A stretch of 64,000 nt of DNA from Methanomassiliicoccales archaeon UBA280 (GTDB lineage: Archaea > Thermoplasmatota > Thermoplasmata > SG8-5), in NCBI GenBank assembly GCA_002499085.1, contig DAKD01000016.1, forward strand, positions 88,880 through 152,879, in the 5' to 3' direction. This document shows positions 30,501 through 36,491 of the stretch, piece after piece (within the stretch, counting starts at the first letter, position 1; the number at the start of each line of letters is the position of its first letter). The position numbers were made by a program, and so were the translations under genes. The notes under the pieces are model-generated. The model was given only the letters and a program-made list of their open reading frames with translations. It did not search any database and was not told the DNA's origin.

Positions 30501-31997
30501 CCTGGCGTCATTAAGGCATCCGACGAGGACGTCGTCTATGTACCATCCTCTGTAACCATTCGCTATGTCGTCCACGGTGCTGAAATAGAAACCGATGCTG
30601 ACTGTCTGTCCGTCATAGGCCGATAGGTCCACGACCCTTTCCTGCCATGTAGACATGGTCATCCTATCAAGCAGCACCAAGTCCTGCCACCCGGTGCCGT
30701 CGTCAACCTGTATCCAGCGTTGGTCATGATCGGGACTGCCCTCGGTCTCGTACCACTCCCAGAAAGCAAGGACCGAGCCAGTGCCGGTCAGCTCCAGCAT
30801 GGGAGTTTCCAGCCTTCCCGCATTTGCATCGCCGTCGTCATAGTCCCCTGTCGAGTCCTGGCCGTACCACCAGCTCGTTTCGTAGCTGTGGTAGTCGGGG
30901 TAGGGGCTGACACTATCCCAGACCTGATGCCATAATCCGTAGTATGTCCAACCGTTCTCCCCGCTCTCCATGTCGTCGAACCAGGGCGTGGCAAGGGACT
31001 GAGTGTAAGTCACGGCATTGTGGAATATGAGGGGCAAGTCCCCGGTGTACTGATAGTATGTCCCGACATAGGAATTGATGCCGACCACATTACCCTTCAC
31101 AGCCACGAAATTCTCACCGTCGTCCCAGCTGGCGACCAGGGTCGCGCCGGGGTCCAGCGCCGTGTAGTCCCTGTATTCGTCGCCAGCTGCGGTTACCCCC
31201 GCCATCAGCCGGTGCGCGGCGTCGAACCAGCCCAAGCTGGCTGTCGTAAAATGATTACCGACATCGAGAGACACAAGGGGGCTGTAGCCTTCCGCAGTGA
31301 ACCTTCCCTGTGGCCCGCCCCATCCTGTGGAATCGACCCAGTTGAAGGTCCCCTGGACCACACATCCGCCGGCATCGACGTAGTCGGCGAGAACATCTCC
31401 CAAACCTGTCACGTCGAGGTAAGCGTAATTGCTCCATGTGACTACAACATCGTAGCCGAGCAAAGTCGGCAGGTCGGGCGTGGCAGACCTTGCATCGAAA
31501 ATGTCGACAGTGCCGATGTCCGGGTATGCATCGAGCTGCGAGCGCAGGGGCTCGCCGTTGCCATCGTCCGCGTGGACCAGCAGCACCGAGTCCACATATA
31601 CGTTTTGTTTTGCACCCGGGTCCGAGGCGATCTCATGGTCGCCTCCACCGCCTGCCGAGTACCCGCCCCTGCCTGAGGAAGATGCGCCTGCATCTGCAGG
31701 CCTCTCCGCGGCCATCATCCTGCCGTAAGCGCTGCCGGAGCCTGAGCTCAGCAAGCCGCTCGGCACGTCGCCGGAACCGGGAACTGTCCATTGGCGGCCG
31801 TCCGAGGTCTGTATGCCGATACCGTCCGCATCAGTCTGCCCCGTGAGGTCGGGCGCCCATACGAAATCCTCGCCTGAGGGCTCGGCCGCGGGCAAAACCT
31901 CACTGACGGGTTCCGTATCCTCCGCGCCGACTGCCATCACGAACGCCGATGTCACAATCATCATTCCGACCCATGTCGCAAACAGTTTCTGTTTCAT
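18528..31997 (-). CDS. giant modular surface protein (about 4490 aa) with ~16 tandem Ig-like ~105-aa repeats, MAM/jelly-roll-like modules, flavodoxin-like modules, CarboxypepD_reg-like domain and C-terminal TM anchor
   Basis: Signal peptide MKQKLFATWVGMMIVTSAFVMAVGA; start placed at this Met (ORF track begins 13 codons earlier at 32036). Recurring repeat signature YRYSADN.TWG.WT...D.APW.F.F.WP.GEGYYEFYT.A.D.AGN.E. C-terminal GSLRGRVLDGSGAGIEGATVSLQG...YTIQASKEGYQ (carboxypeptidase regulatory-like). TM IIPVLLIALLVAGLLVFMLL plus KKKKK and acidic tail. Confidence 0.8.
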   Translation of the reverse strand: MKQKLFATWVGMMIVTSAFVMAVGAEDTEPVSEVLPAAEPSGEDFVWAPDLTGQTDADGIGIQTSDGRQWTVPGSGDVPSGLLSSGSGSAYGRMMAAERPADAGASSSGRGGYSAGGGGDHEIASDPGAKQNVYVDSVLLVHADDGNGEPLRSQLDAYPDIGTVDIFDARSATPDLPTLLGYDVVVTWSNYAYLDVTGLGDVLADYVDAGGCVVQGTFNWVDSTGWGGPQGRFTAEGYSPLVSLDVGNHFTTASLGWFDAAHRLMAGVTAAGDEYRDYTALDPGATLVASWDDGENFVAVKGNVVGINSYVGTYYQYTGDLPLIFHNAVTYTQSLATPWFDDMESGENGWTYYGLWHQVWDSVSPYPDYHSYETSWWYGQDSTGDYDDGDANAGRLETPMLELTGTGSVLAFWEWYETEGSPDHDQRWIQVDDGTGWQDLVLLDRMTMSTWQERVVDLSAYDGQTVSIGFYFSTVDDIANGYRGWYIDDVLVGCLNDARLEPEAQRGFGVPGGQVSYMLHATNNGLSDDTYDLMATSSWPVDFYGLDGLSASQLNNPSFETGDFTGWDATDLSGPFSPLQVSGAGNNPGGGFFDSAPTDGIYSLQNGFDGNGPGHILAGQDFDVPLANSVLMFDYRAAWDLETIPATIDRTFSVLIEPSGGGPPIESHVILVAPANTYVSDTGILQGLVDLMPYAGTTVYIEFDWWVPESMSGPAFFELDNIRITETALISQIGPLAPGETMDFLATVGVPGGAGPGDFDIADIYITSQADPAVQRMAQTETVVPFWTDWYDGFETGWGAWTFTEQMPSSTQWEIGDPSGAGPGSAFAGTECAGTNLWDAYYPGTDMALVTPWVRLSGGQQVLSFWTWYDMETDGDDGGFVEVRGAGDWMQIQPTYGSHYWGYPYTDAYCSGYMTDAFSGTSDGWEFYEFDLSAFAGQAVQARFHFASSPWWGGDWGWYLDDIFMGAPPQYRADLFPAQQVNFGLPGADVDYTMRIANSGTEADSYDLYSTSVWPIEFWSSPTQTLVSEDFEGRFPPPGWTLYDWNSWGDPLGEWHRNDYTGYPNWAGAGYCAEANSDAMSNWWTGSGGVEASLTTPEFSLDGFPAAGLEFDMCYYDLNLGSDDYAYVVVYYDGMGDLLAYYDEDHSPTGPGENIFIDLTPWVGYDDVSIEFYYYDSGIWAGWWQIDNVHIYGDTGIPPAPITSVGPVDSGGFLDFTARCSIPGGAMPGDSDLAYVSAESWNDPGAGDSAMLTTIVPGGILLVDDDGGLSVETYYLFALDDYGLPHTCWDTTEHGCPAAEFMDMFDAVVWTTGDLSGGTTTLGSPEDTLDSKERGELSTYLDNGGRLFLSSGGFGWDSAFNIGTGWMNNYLGANPWNGDYGFPYDMLGVPGDPIGDGLDMCIHTGDYWAELSGVWTWNDPAAPNAAIPIVWDPDMAGASMHYAFAGFRTVFTGFDLADVDGADDRAELMERILDWLLAEDSVEMTPEHQEFAYMPDTTVIYSVEVTNRMAFPDTFDLYFDYPSAWNTRIMDETASFDITQTSNLDPGQSFRFTIVVDIPMGASPSEWDLAVVSVASWTDPSISATAETFTQVWVEPHAFDEFEGAFYDFRAFGSGATAWEIGDPSGFGPGAAYSPDNCWGTNLADDYYPEADIALVSHYFTLGLASWSEMSFHHWYDTDGMDGGSVEITADFGQTWTQITPVGGYDWMNWWGIDSFSGFSGGWLQEQFDLSPYLGETVSFRMRFMSSPATGGYPGWYIDDFDVDAAYPDRGCLLTPVLQQGFELPGGSIDYGVSITNIGTLGNDSFDLDYGSMNGWTAQFLDLGYSPITAIGPLEYGESQSFIVRVDIPGFVNPGDIEYTWPYGQSQADPAEWDWCELFSQAYADLLLVDDDLGIDSEDWYTDSLDWLDTMGYASYNFWDVATYGAPSYADMSQYIGVIWATGNSYGVNGPSLTAADRTNIQDYLLNGGSIYLTGDMFWMDAAENGWTDWLGQWFGAVPVDGSMGGMGYGWDMFGSAPQTLAGENGDPIGDGLGFPMDAPGSCPSVWGSYAILEIVDPAAVRSCYFSPGLGAGATTMVRMDGGGFRSVISSFDHSKMGDEPERTAAMAEIMSWLVTRTPISSNALVDGTPVAIVQPGTLLTLIGMIESNPYFWWNTVEGALYTFGEGNFPGVAMNPADGDFDGPIEWATSPIDTTGWPDGQYDLYIYGWDSVTNYQTESTAFASIIVDGRAPSSHVIQEGSYWRSEFPTVIRAEARDSNLINENFDGGIWPPTGWSVDGICSASQSGNPTLTHYWSMMDDSLLPLPNSLPYCAGVWWSDGSGGDPPAREQDEWLISPEMDFSSYSTVELEFWSAYTMLRYGSSATSHDYVRVSTDGGSTWDIVADLAHDPAYDFDGLTGGPGGPGWNWYEVPILIDLSAYAGEPSVMMAWNYLAETPIGSRGVWMVDDIMMYGDGILETSSGLASVDLYYRYSADNAMFGAWTYWDTLFGAPWDFEFYWPYGEGYYEFYTVAEDNAGIVEAAPFFADAAYAYETSIPWSNVILTEPYLNLGPSRVITADAGNGLSGVQSVELWVRHSPDNSTWSIWTLHSTDNAIPWQWTFTANADGYYQFYTRARDFAGNYEDEPGAADAAWLFDLVCPSSNAIQTMPDTVNISPMTIEAEVGFSGTLINEQFEGAWPPAGWTVVNYGGDGVWQRNDMWAGGRPNYAGGSGFCADADSDRLGSGTTMNTGLRTPSFNLVGASVATLDFIMSYNFFIGSEYAAVRVSTDGGGLWTNIDTWNWDVSPSGPGAPQSYDLSAYIGEPNVMIEFYYYCPGWNWWFEVDNVQISMSSDPVASLELWYRHSLDGAGWGAWTYFDTDTGPLWEFDFDWPDGEGFYEFYTIAIDDWGWRESPPATADAAYRYDTTNPTVIWTSPPDGAINVPVTAGTFRIHFNEAMDTGLGLVDTSLPGTVWTWSADGTWLNGTYGGLAYTTMYNVNLETGGFTDLVGNPLTGDGNFTFTTAGTEYASATGPTSSGSQDPRPAITYTYGGTITAVDIYYTNDGGTSWNFWGQDVTLPDFAWTPTTDLPSDGTYYWCAQANGFEPVPVNPTFIESGPYVYDVTPPSSSVDPVVPYWNNAPKTLTATAFDATSGIAWVEFFYAYSADNVTWGAPVSLGSDFAAPYTRAFNWPNGNGYYLFYCTAVDAAGNLEAQPGVADAVGGYDGTPPAATVDMIPEYWQNSSPLTVTATALDGLNPVASVELVYWFSPDGIAWGGPSVFAVDSAAPWQWSFTYPNGTGYYRFAARAYDTLGNAPAWPPGGYDVEIGFDNITPSSTVIFIPPYEQTAVTMTVMATAGDAGPSGLNYTALYYRYSADNSTWGGWTWFGLDDAAPWEFAFDWPMGLGYYQFYTIASDHAENTEAAPPVRDAEWFWNPPAPITSLDQYSPYWLNAPVTLTATVMGTGNPVSYVELWYSWSVNNISWGPWAVFSTDFAAPWEFPFDYTPSGEGYYMFFTRGMDTLGNYESPPAAADAFNAYDATDPASSVTPAGAYWQVGAPFTIGATASDSLSGVGGVDFYCRHSANNATWSGWIYMSTDLTAPYSMDFMWPFGEGYYEFASQAWDRAMNTEAMPGTADAAYGYDTAAPATSMTAGSFYWHNGLLAITAFGSDAMSGLAGVNAYYRYSADNVTWGAWTQYGSTITVPVYQWTFTFPDGDGYYELYSEGVDLAGNWETYSGVDARVGYDTASPTTAADVTGAYWRITSPITITATGSDALSNISNVDLWMRYSADNVTWSAWSLQMSDATAPYSFSFAFGADGFYQFQTRGVDRAGNQEALKPAEVSYGYDATAPSTNVNFVAPYARATSPLIPTVSGISQLNGFGSIELWYRFSSDNATWSAWALFATDTLAPFDFTFDWPDGEGFYEFYSRSTDGLGNYESAPASADAAWAYDITAPDSAASVPGAYASYEVSRTVDATVSDAVGGVRNVTLWFRWSADNATWGEWVAFGTDYAAPWSWLFTMPNGTGYYEFYTIAVDNADNGELPPASADDSCRRRADTNPPTSSVTVAGPYWLASGPLTVEATASDSEGTVASVMLWYRFSTDNATWGGWNSFGTDTAAPWSWSFGFASGQGFYQFYTTATDSNGQVEAAPSSADAAWAYDATAPTVTVTALPAYTTVATFNIAFTATDSGGLAYYVLYYTTDGGSTWTATPTHHLISPISFTASSDGAFGFYIVAFDLAGNHRTVPIGGTVPDTATIVDRVAPTATVVPSGTNISIGTNITVTFSEPVGQTAAQAAFSLFPAVTGTFVWNTAGTVMTFVPGTSLAYGTTYTVNLTASGITDIAGNLMAADMTRTFTTQAQPQTPSGSLRGRVLDGSGAGIEGATVSLQGTSLTATTDANGNYAFASVPAGSYTIQASKEGYQSGSTTASVAAGTATAADDIILALEEDGGSGSVGWIIPVLLIALLVAGLLVFMLLKKKKKSGPEEPDDPDGGQDGAEPAPEEPQAD

Positions 31998-32200
31998 TCC
32001 AGATTCCTCCTCAAGTTCCGAAGTGCCCGCGTGCATCCGCGCATGCCGGCAATAAATATGCAGCTACATCTGATTTGAGCTATTTAATGTTTGTTGATTA
32101 TATCAAACATATTTATTCTTCATTAAAAGAAAACCCCACACAGGCATCTGCAACGAAACTCTTATCCCCAAGTTGCGGATTGAGGCACGGTGGTCATAGG

Positions 32201-33523
32201 ATGACATCAGACACGGAACAAATGTTGGCTGCAATGGGCATGAGATCAGTCGATGAGTTGTTCGCGGACATACCAAAGGAAGTGAGGCAGGACATTTCAG
32301 CGCTCGGGAAGGGCAGATGCGAGCAGGAAGTGAGAGCCCGCATCGAGAAAATTCTGGCGAAAAACAGGCCCGCCGGTTCGATGTCAAGCTTCCTCGGCGG
32401 AGGCTCGTACGGCTTCTATGTTCCCGCGGCCGTGAAATCCATAGCAGGCCGCTCGGAGTTCCTCACGTCATACACGCCGTATCAGCCCGAGACCAGCCAA
32501 GGACTTCTTCAGGTCCTCTTCGAGTACCAGAGCATGATGTGCGAGCTCACAGGCATGGACGTGATAAACAACTCGCTGTACGATTACGCCACAGGCCTCG
32601 GGGAGGCCGCCCTGATGGCAGCAAGACTGAAACCGGGAAAAATTTTCCTGGTCCCGGAAACGATTTCCCAGCCGAGACATTCAGTGATGGAGAACTACTG
32701 CAAGGGCGCAGGAATCATTCTTCAGAAATATTCCTACGACAGAACAACAGGCCAGGCGGACATCGGCGATCTGGGCGCCAAGCTCGCGCCCGAGGTGTTC
32801 GGGGCACTGGTCGAGTCGCCCAACTGTCTGGGCGTCCTGGAATCCGGGCAGGGGGAAATCAGGGAACTGCTCGGGGACAGAATCCTGGTCGCCGGCGTCA
32901 ATGCCCTTTCGCTTGCGGCCGTGAGGCCTCCGGGGGAATACGGCGCGGACATAGTTATTTCCGAGGGCCAGATGCTTGGAAATTTCACGAATTTCGGCGG
33001 CCCGATGCTGGGCATCATGGGCTGCAAAAAGGCGCATGTCAGGAAGATGCCCGGGCGGGTAATCGGTCTCACGTCCGACGCTGACGGCAGAATGGCCTTC
33101 TGCATGACCCTCCAGACAAGGGAGCAGCACATCAGGCGGGAAAAAGCCACCTCGAACATCTGCTCGAACGAGGCATTGACGACGGTGGCCACTGCTGCCT
33201 ATCTCGCGCTGAAAGGGGGCTCGGGGCTCAGGGAGACGGCTTACACGGCGATGGACAGGGCCAGGAACCTTGCCGAAGCCATAAGCGCGGTCAGGGGCTG
33301 CAAAGCCCCTGTTTTCTCGGGTCCGTACTTCAACGAATTCGTGGCCTCGTTCCCGGCGGAATCCGGAAACATCATCGAAAAAATGTCGGAAAAAGGCGTC
33401 ATTCCGGGCGTGGAATTAGCCCTCGCGGGAATGGAGAAAAATCTGCTTGTCGCGGTCACGGACATGACGACGGAAGCGGACATACAGAATTACGCCAGCA
33501 ACCTGAAGGAGGCGCTGCGATGA
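32201..33523 (+). CDS. gcvPA: glycine dehydrogenase (decarboxylating) subunit 1 (P-protein N-terminal half)
   Basis: Start moved to the internal Met at MTSDTEQMLAAMGMRSVDELFADIPKEV. Conserved SFLGGGSY, TPYQPE. ATGA overlap with gcvPB. Confidence 0.9.
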   Translation: MTSDTEQMLAAMGMRSVDELFADIPKEVRQDISALGKGRCEQEVRARIEKILAKNRPAGSMSSFLGGGSYGFYVPAAVKSIAGRSEFLTSYTPYQPETSQGLLQVLFEYQSMMCELTGMDVINNSLYDYATGLGEAALMAARLKPGKIFLVPETISQPRHSVMENYCKGAGIILQKYSYDRTTGQADIGDLGAKLAPEVFGALVESPNCLGVLESGQGEIRELLGDRILVAGVNALSLAAVRPPGEYGADIVISEGQMLGNFTNFGGPMLGIMGCKKAHVRKMPGRVIGLTSDADGRMAFCMTLQTREQHIRREKATSNICSNEALTTVATAAYLALKGGSGLRETAYTAMDRARNLAEAISAVRGCKAPVFSGPYFNEFVASFPAESGNIIEKMSEKGVIPGVELALAGMEKNLLVAVTDMTTEADIQNYASNLKEALR

Positions 33524-34977
33524 GCTACAGGCAGGCAAGGTATGACGTCCCGCTGATATACGACGAATTCAGCGATTATGGTGCTGTAAATATAAATTTT
33601 AATAAATATTTATCAAAAGATATTGTTCGCAGCGGGAATCCCAACATCCCGAGGCTGTGCGAACGCGACCTCGTGAAGCATTTCACCCAGCTGTCCCAGA
33701 TGAATTTCGGAGTGGATTCAGGATTCTACCCGCTGGGCTCGTGCACGATGAAGTACAATCCGAAGATCAACGACGAATTGGCCTCGCTTCCGGCCTCGGC
33801 CATGATGCATCCGCACCAGCCCGACGCGCAGATCCAGGGCACCCTGCAAATAATGTACGAGCTCCAGGAGATGCTGGCCGCCATAACCGGGATGAAAGCT
33901 GTGAGCCTGCAGCCCGCGGCCGGTGCGCACGGGGAGTTCACGGGCATGCTGATTGCCCGCGCCTACCACGAGGACAGGGGCGAGAAGAGGGACCAGGTCG
34001 TGCTTCCGGATACATCGCACGGCACAAACCCTGCGAGCGCGGCCATGGCCGGTTTCGATATCATCACAATCCCTTCGAAGGAAGGCAAAGTGGACCTTGA
34101 CGCGCTTGCCGCGGCAGTCTCCGAAAGGACCGCGGCCTTCATGCTCACCAATCCGAACACGCTCGGAATTTTCGAATCTGATGCATTGGAAATAGCCAGG
34201 ACAGTTCACGGAGCGGGCGGGCTGCTGTATTACGACGGAGCGAACTTCAACGCCATCATGGGCAAAACATCCCCCGGGAAGATGGGATTCGACATTGTTC
34301 ACCTGAACCTGCACAAGACATTCTCCACGCCGCACGGAGGCGGAGGCCCGGGAGCCGGCCCGGTGGGCGTGGTCGAGAAGCTCGCACCCTTCCTTCCAGT
34401 GCCGCTTGCTGCCAAGAGGGGCGATGCATATTACATGGATTACGACCGCTCGAAATCCATCGGAAAGGTTCACGGATTCCATGGAAACTGGGGCGTGCTG
34501 CTCAGGGCCTATGCCTACATACTCTCCGAAGGCGGGGACGGCCTCACCGAAGCGACCGAAAGAGCTGTGCTGAACTCGAATTACCTGAGGATGAAGGTCG
34601 AAAAATACCTGGAGGTACCGTATCCGGGACTTAGGAAACACGAGTTCGTGGCCTCCGGCGCGGCGCTGAAGCCGAAGGGCGTGAAGACCCTGGACGTGGC
34701 CAAAAGGCTCATAGACCACGGATTCCACCCGCCCACGGTGTACTTCCCGCACCTCGTCGAGGAGGCCATCATGATCGAACCGACCGAGACCGAATCGAAA
34801 TCGACCCTGGACGCATTCGCTGACGCCCTGGAGACAGTCGTGAACGAGCCGTCGGAGGTTCTGCACAATGCCCCTTCATGCGCCTCGGCCAGGCGGCTCA
34901 ACGAGACTGATGCCGCCAAGAATCTAATACTCTCATATCGCGATTATCTGGGATTTAAAGAGGGGCGTAGGGTCTAG
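33520..34977 (+). CDS. gcvPB: glycine dehydrogenase (decarboxylating) subunit 2 (PLP-binding half)
   Basis: PLP-lysine region HLNLHKTFSTPHGGGGPG. Conserved CTMKYNPK. Immediately follows gcvPA. Confidence 0.9.
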   Translation: MSYRQARYDVPLIYDEFSDYGAVNINFNKYLSKDIVRSGNPNIPRLCERDLVKHFTQLSQMNFGVDSGFYPLGSCTMKYNPKINDELASLPASAMMHPHQPDAQIQGTLQIMYELQEMLAAITGMKAVSLQPAAGAHGEFTGMLIARAYHEDRGEKRDQVVLPDTSHGTNPASAAMAGFDIITIPSKEGKVDLDALAAAVSERTAAFMLTNPNTLGIFESDALEIARTVHGAGGLLYYDGANFNAIMGKTSPGKMGFDIVHLNLHKTFSTPHGGGGPGAGPVGVVEKLAPFLPVPLAAKRGDAYYMDYDRSKSIGKVHGFHGNWGVLLRAYAYILSEGGDGLTEATERAVLNSNYLRMKVEKYLEVPYPGLRKHEFVASGAALKPKGVKTLDVAKRLIDHGFHPPTVYFPHLVEEAIMIEPTETESKSTLDAFADALETVVNEPSEVLHNAPSCASARRLNETDAAKNLILSYRDYLGFKEGRRV

Positions 34978-34993
34978 GGGCATAGGGTCTAGG
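34961..34993. repeat. (GGGTCTA)-type arm repeat flanking the four-helix-bundle gene (left arm)
   Basis: aggggcgtagggtctaggggcatagggtctagg, followed by gacgcatttgga, which resembles the aaatgcgatttggaagc core of the 8571/49142 elements in reverse orientation. Confidence 0.5.
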
Positions 34994-35387
34994 TGACGCA
35001 TTTGGAGGAGAAGTACACAGGCAAGAGTTATAGAAAATTGGATGTGAGGAAAAGGGCTATCTGTTAACTAAAAATATTTATGCAGCAACAGAGAATTTCC
35101 CGAAGGAAGAGACATATTGCCTTGCCTCTCAGATGAGGCGGGCTTCTGTATCCATAATTGCAAACGTTGCCGAAGGCTATGGACGAAATCATATGGGTGA
35201 GTACATCCAATTCGTATCTTATGCCATCGGTTCATCTAATGAATTGGAGGTATATTTGTCATTGGCAAATGACCTGGGATACATTGAAAGGGACAGCTAC
35301 ACACATCTTATTTCCATTCATGCGGAGGTTAGCAAGATGCTAAATGGCCTAAAAAACTCACTTGAAAACAGAAGACAACAAAACTAG
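34993..35387 (+). pseudogene. four-helix-bundle protein (23S rRNA intervening-sequence protein family), apparently frameshifted
   Basis: Downstream frame gives NIYAATENFPKEETYCLASQMRRASVSIIANVAEGYGR...ELEVYLSLANDLGYIERDSY, matching the PF05635-type consensus [27 protein letters not shown]. The N-terminal helix SYRKLDVRKRAI is in the adjacent frame (GTG 34993) and is interrupted by TAA at about 35065. A frame switch near 35058-35067 is needed. Confidence 0.5.
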
Positions 35388-35436
35388 ACCCTAGACCCTT
35401 TGTACCGTTCTATGAACAAAGACCCTAGACCCTAAA
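35384..35436. repeat. (TAGACCC)-type arm repeat flanking the four-helix-bundle gene (right arm); overlaps trmI 3' end
   Basis: ctagaccctagacccTTTGTACCGTTCTATGAACAAAgaccctagaccc. The reverse complement matches the insertion tttgttcatagaacggcacaaagggtctaggg inside copy B (49142-49338). Confidence 0.5.
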
Positions 35437-36186
35437 TTTTCTCCCGAAGCACAGGTATCCTGTGTGCCCGAGAGTGTCGAAGCTGGGCCTTGTGCCGCCC
35501 TCGCCGACGACGATCTCCCTCTGGATGTTCTCCAGGACATGGGTGTCCGAATAGCCCTTTTCCCTCATGGCTTTGATGACTGTCTCGGCCTGGTTCATTG
35601 TCGGAAGGTAGGCACAGATATATCCGCCCGGCTTCAGGGCCCGAGTTACCCCGTCAAGGATTTTCCAGGGCTCTGGCATGTCTATGACAACCGCATCGTA
35701 AATCCCAATCTCATTGCAGGTTGCCGCATCGGCCTCCCTGAGCTCCACACACGCTGCCAGGCCGCTGTTTTCAAGGTTGGTTGCGGCGACTTTTGCATGC
35801 TTTGGATTTGATTCATAGCTGACTATTCTCCCGCCGTCCCCGACGATATGGGCAAGCACGAGAGTGAGACCCGCGCTGCCCGCGCCCACTTCCAGGACAG
35901 AAGAGCCTGCGCCGATGCTGCAGCCGAGCGCGATCTGCGAGGCATCCTTCGGTGTAATTATCTGTGCGCCGCGCCTCATGCAGATCAGAATGTCCCCGAG
36001 CGACGCGTCCAGAACCACGAAATCCTTTCCTGCGACGGTTATTTTCGAGCCTGCCTCTGCATGTGCGAGCCTGTCCGTGTCCACGACGCCCAATCCGCTG
36101 ATTTGCTGCATGCCGCGCCCCGGCATCACAACGAATCTCCCGTCGCAGCCCAGAAGAACAATGGGCCTCACAGTACCGGAATCCAT
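35425..36186 (-). CDS. trmI: tRNA (adenine58-N1)-methyltransferase TrmI
   Basis: VLEVGAGSAGLTLVLAHIVGDGGRIVSYESNP (SAM motif I). DAVVIDMPEPW. ALKPGGYICAYLPTMNQ. Matches the Gcd14/TrmI family along the full length. Confidence 0.8.
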   Translation of the reverse strand: MDSGTVRPIVLLGCDGRFVVMPGRGMQQISGLGVVDTDRLAHAEAGSKITVAGKDFVVLDASLGDILICMRRGAQIITPKDASQIALGCSIGAGSSVLEVGAGSAGLTLVLAHIVGDGGRIVSYESNPKHAKVAATNLENSGLAACVELREADAATCNEIGIYDAVVIDMPEPWKILDGVTRALKPGGYICAYLPTMNQAETVIKAMREKGYSDTHVLENIQREIVVGEGGTRPSFDTLGHTGYLCFGRKFRV

Positions 36187-36389
36187 GCCCGGGCATACTC
36201 ATGAATCATCATAAAAGTATGCGTGCCCGGGCGGATTTCGCATATTATTCTTCCTTATATATTTAATCAACATTTATAACTTTTTTATTTTTAAAACGAT
36301 ATTCCTTCTTTTTATGTTAAAGAGACCCCCTAGGATATCCCACAATTGCACATACGCTATAATTATATAGTGCATTATTATATTTACAA

Positions 36390-36491
36390 TCTAACATAAG
36401 TTTTATATACTACCGCAATATTCTTTGACTAATCAAAAAATAAGCACACAGAGAAAGAAAGAAAGAGGAAGAATAACAAGGAGGTAAAAAT
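36390..36491 (+). promoter_or_regulatory. AT-rich promoter region with TATA-like box and strong Shine-Dalgarno for the 895-aa surface-protein gene
   Basis: ttttatatac at about 36397-36406. aaggaggt sits 8 nt upstream of ATG 36492. The 300-bp AT-rich stretch contrasts with the roughly 60% GC genome. Confidence 0.35.

Noticed and set aside
33718-34866. 382-aa minus-strand ORF antisense to gcvPB; also 5892-6647 minus antisense to glmM and 2532-3182 minus antisense to the integrase
   Set aside because: Shadow ORFs. The sense-strand products match well-known families along their full length.
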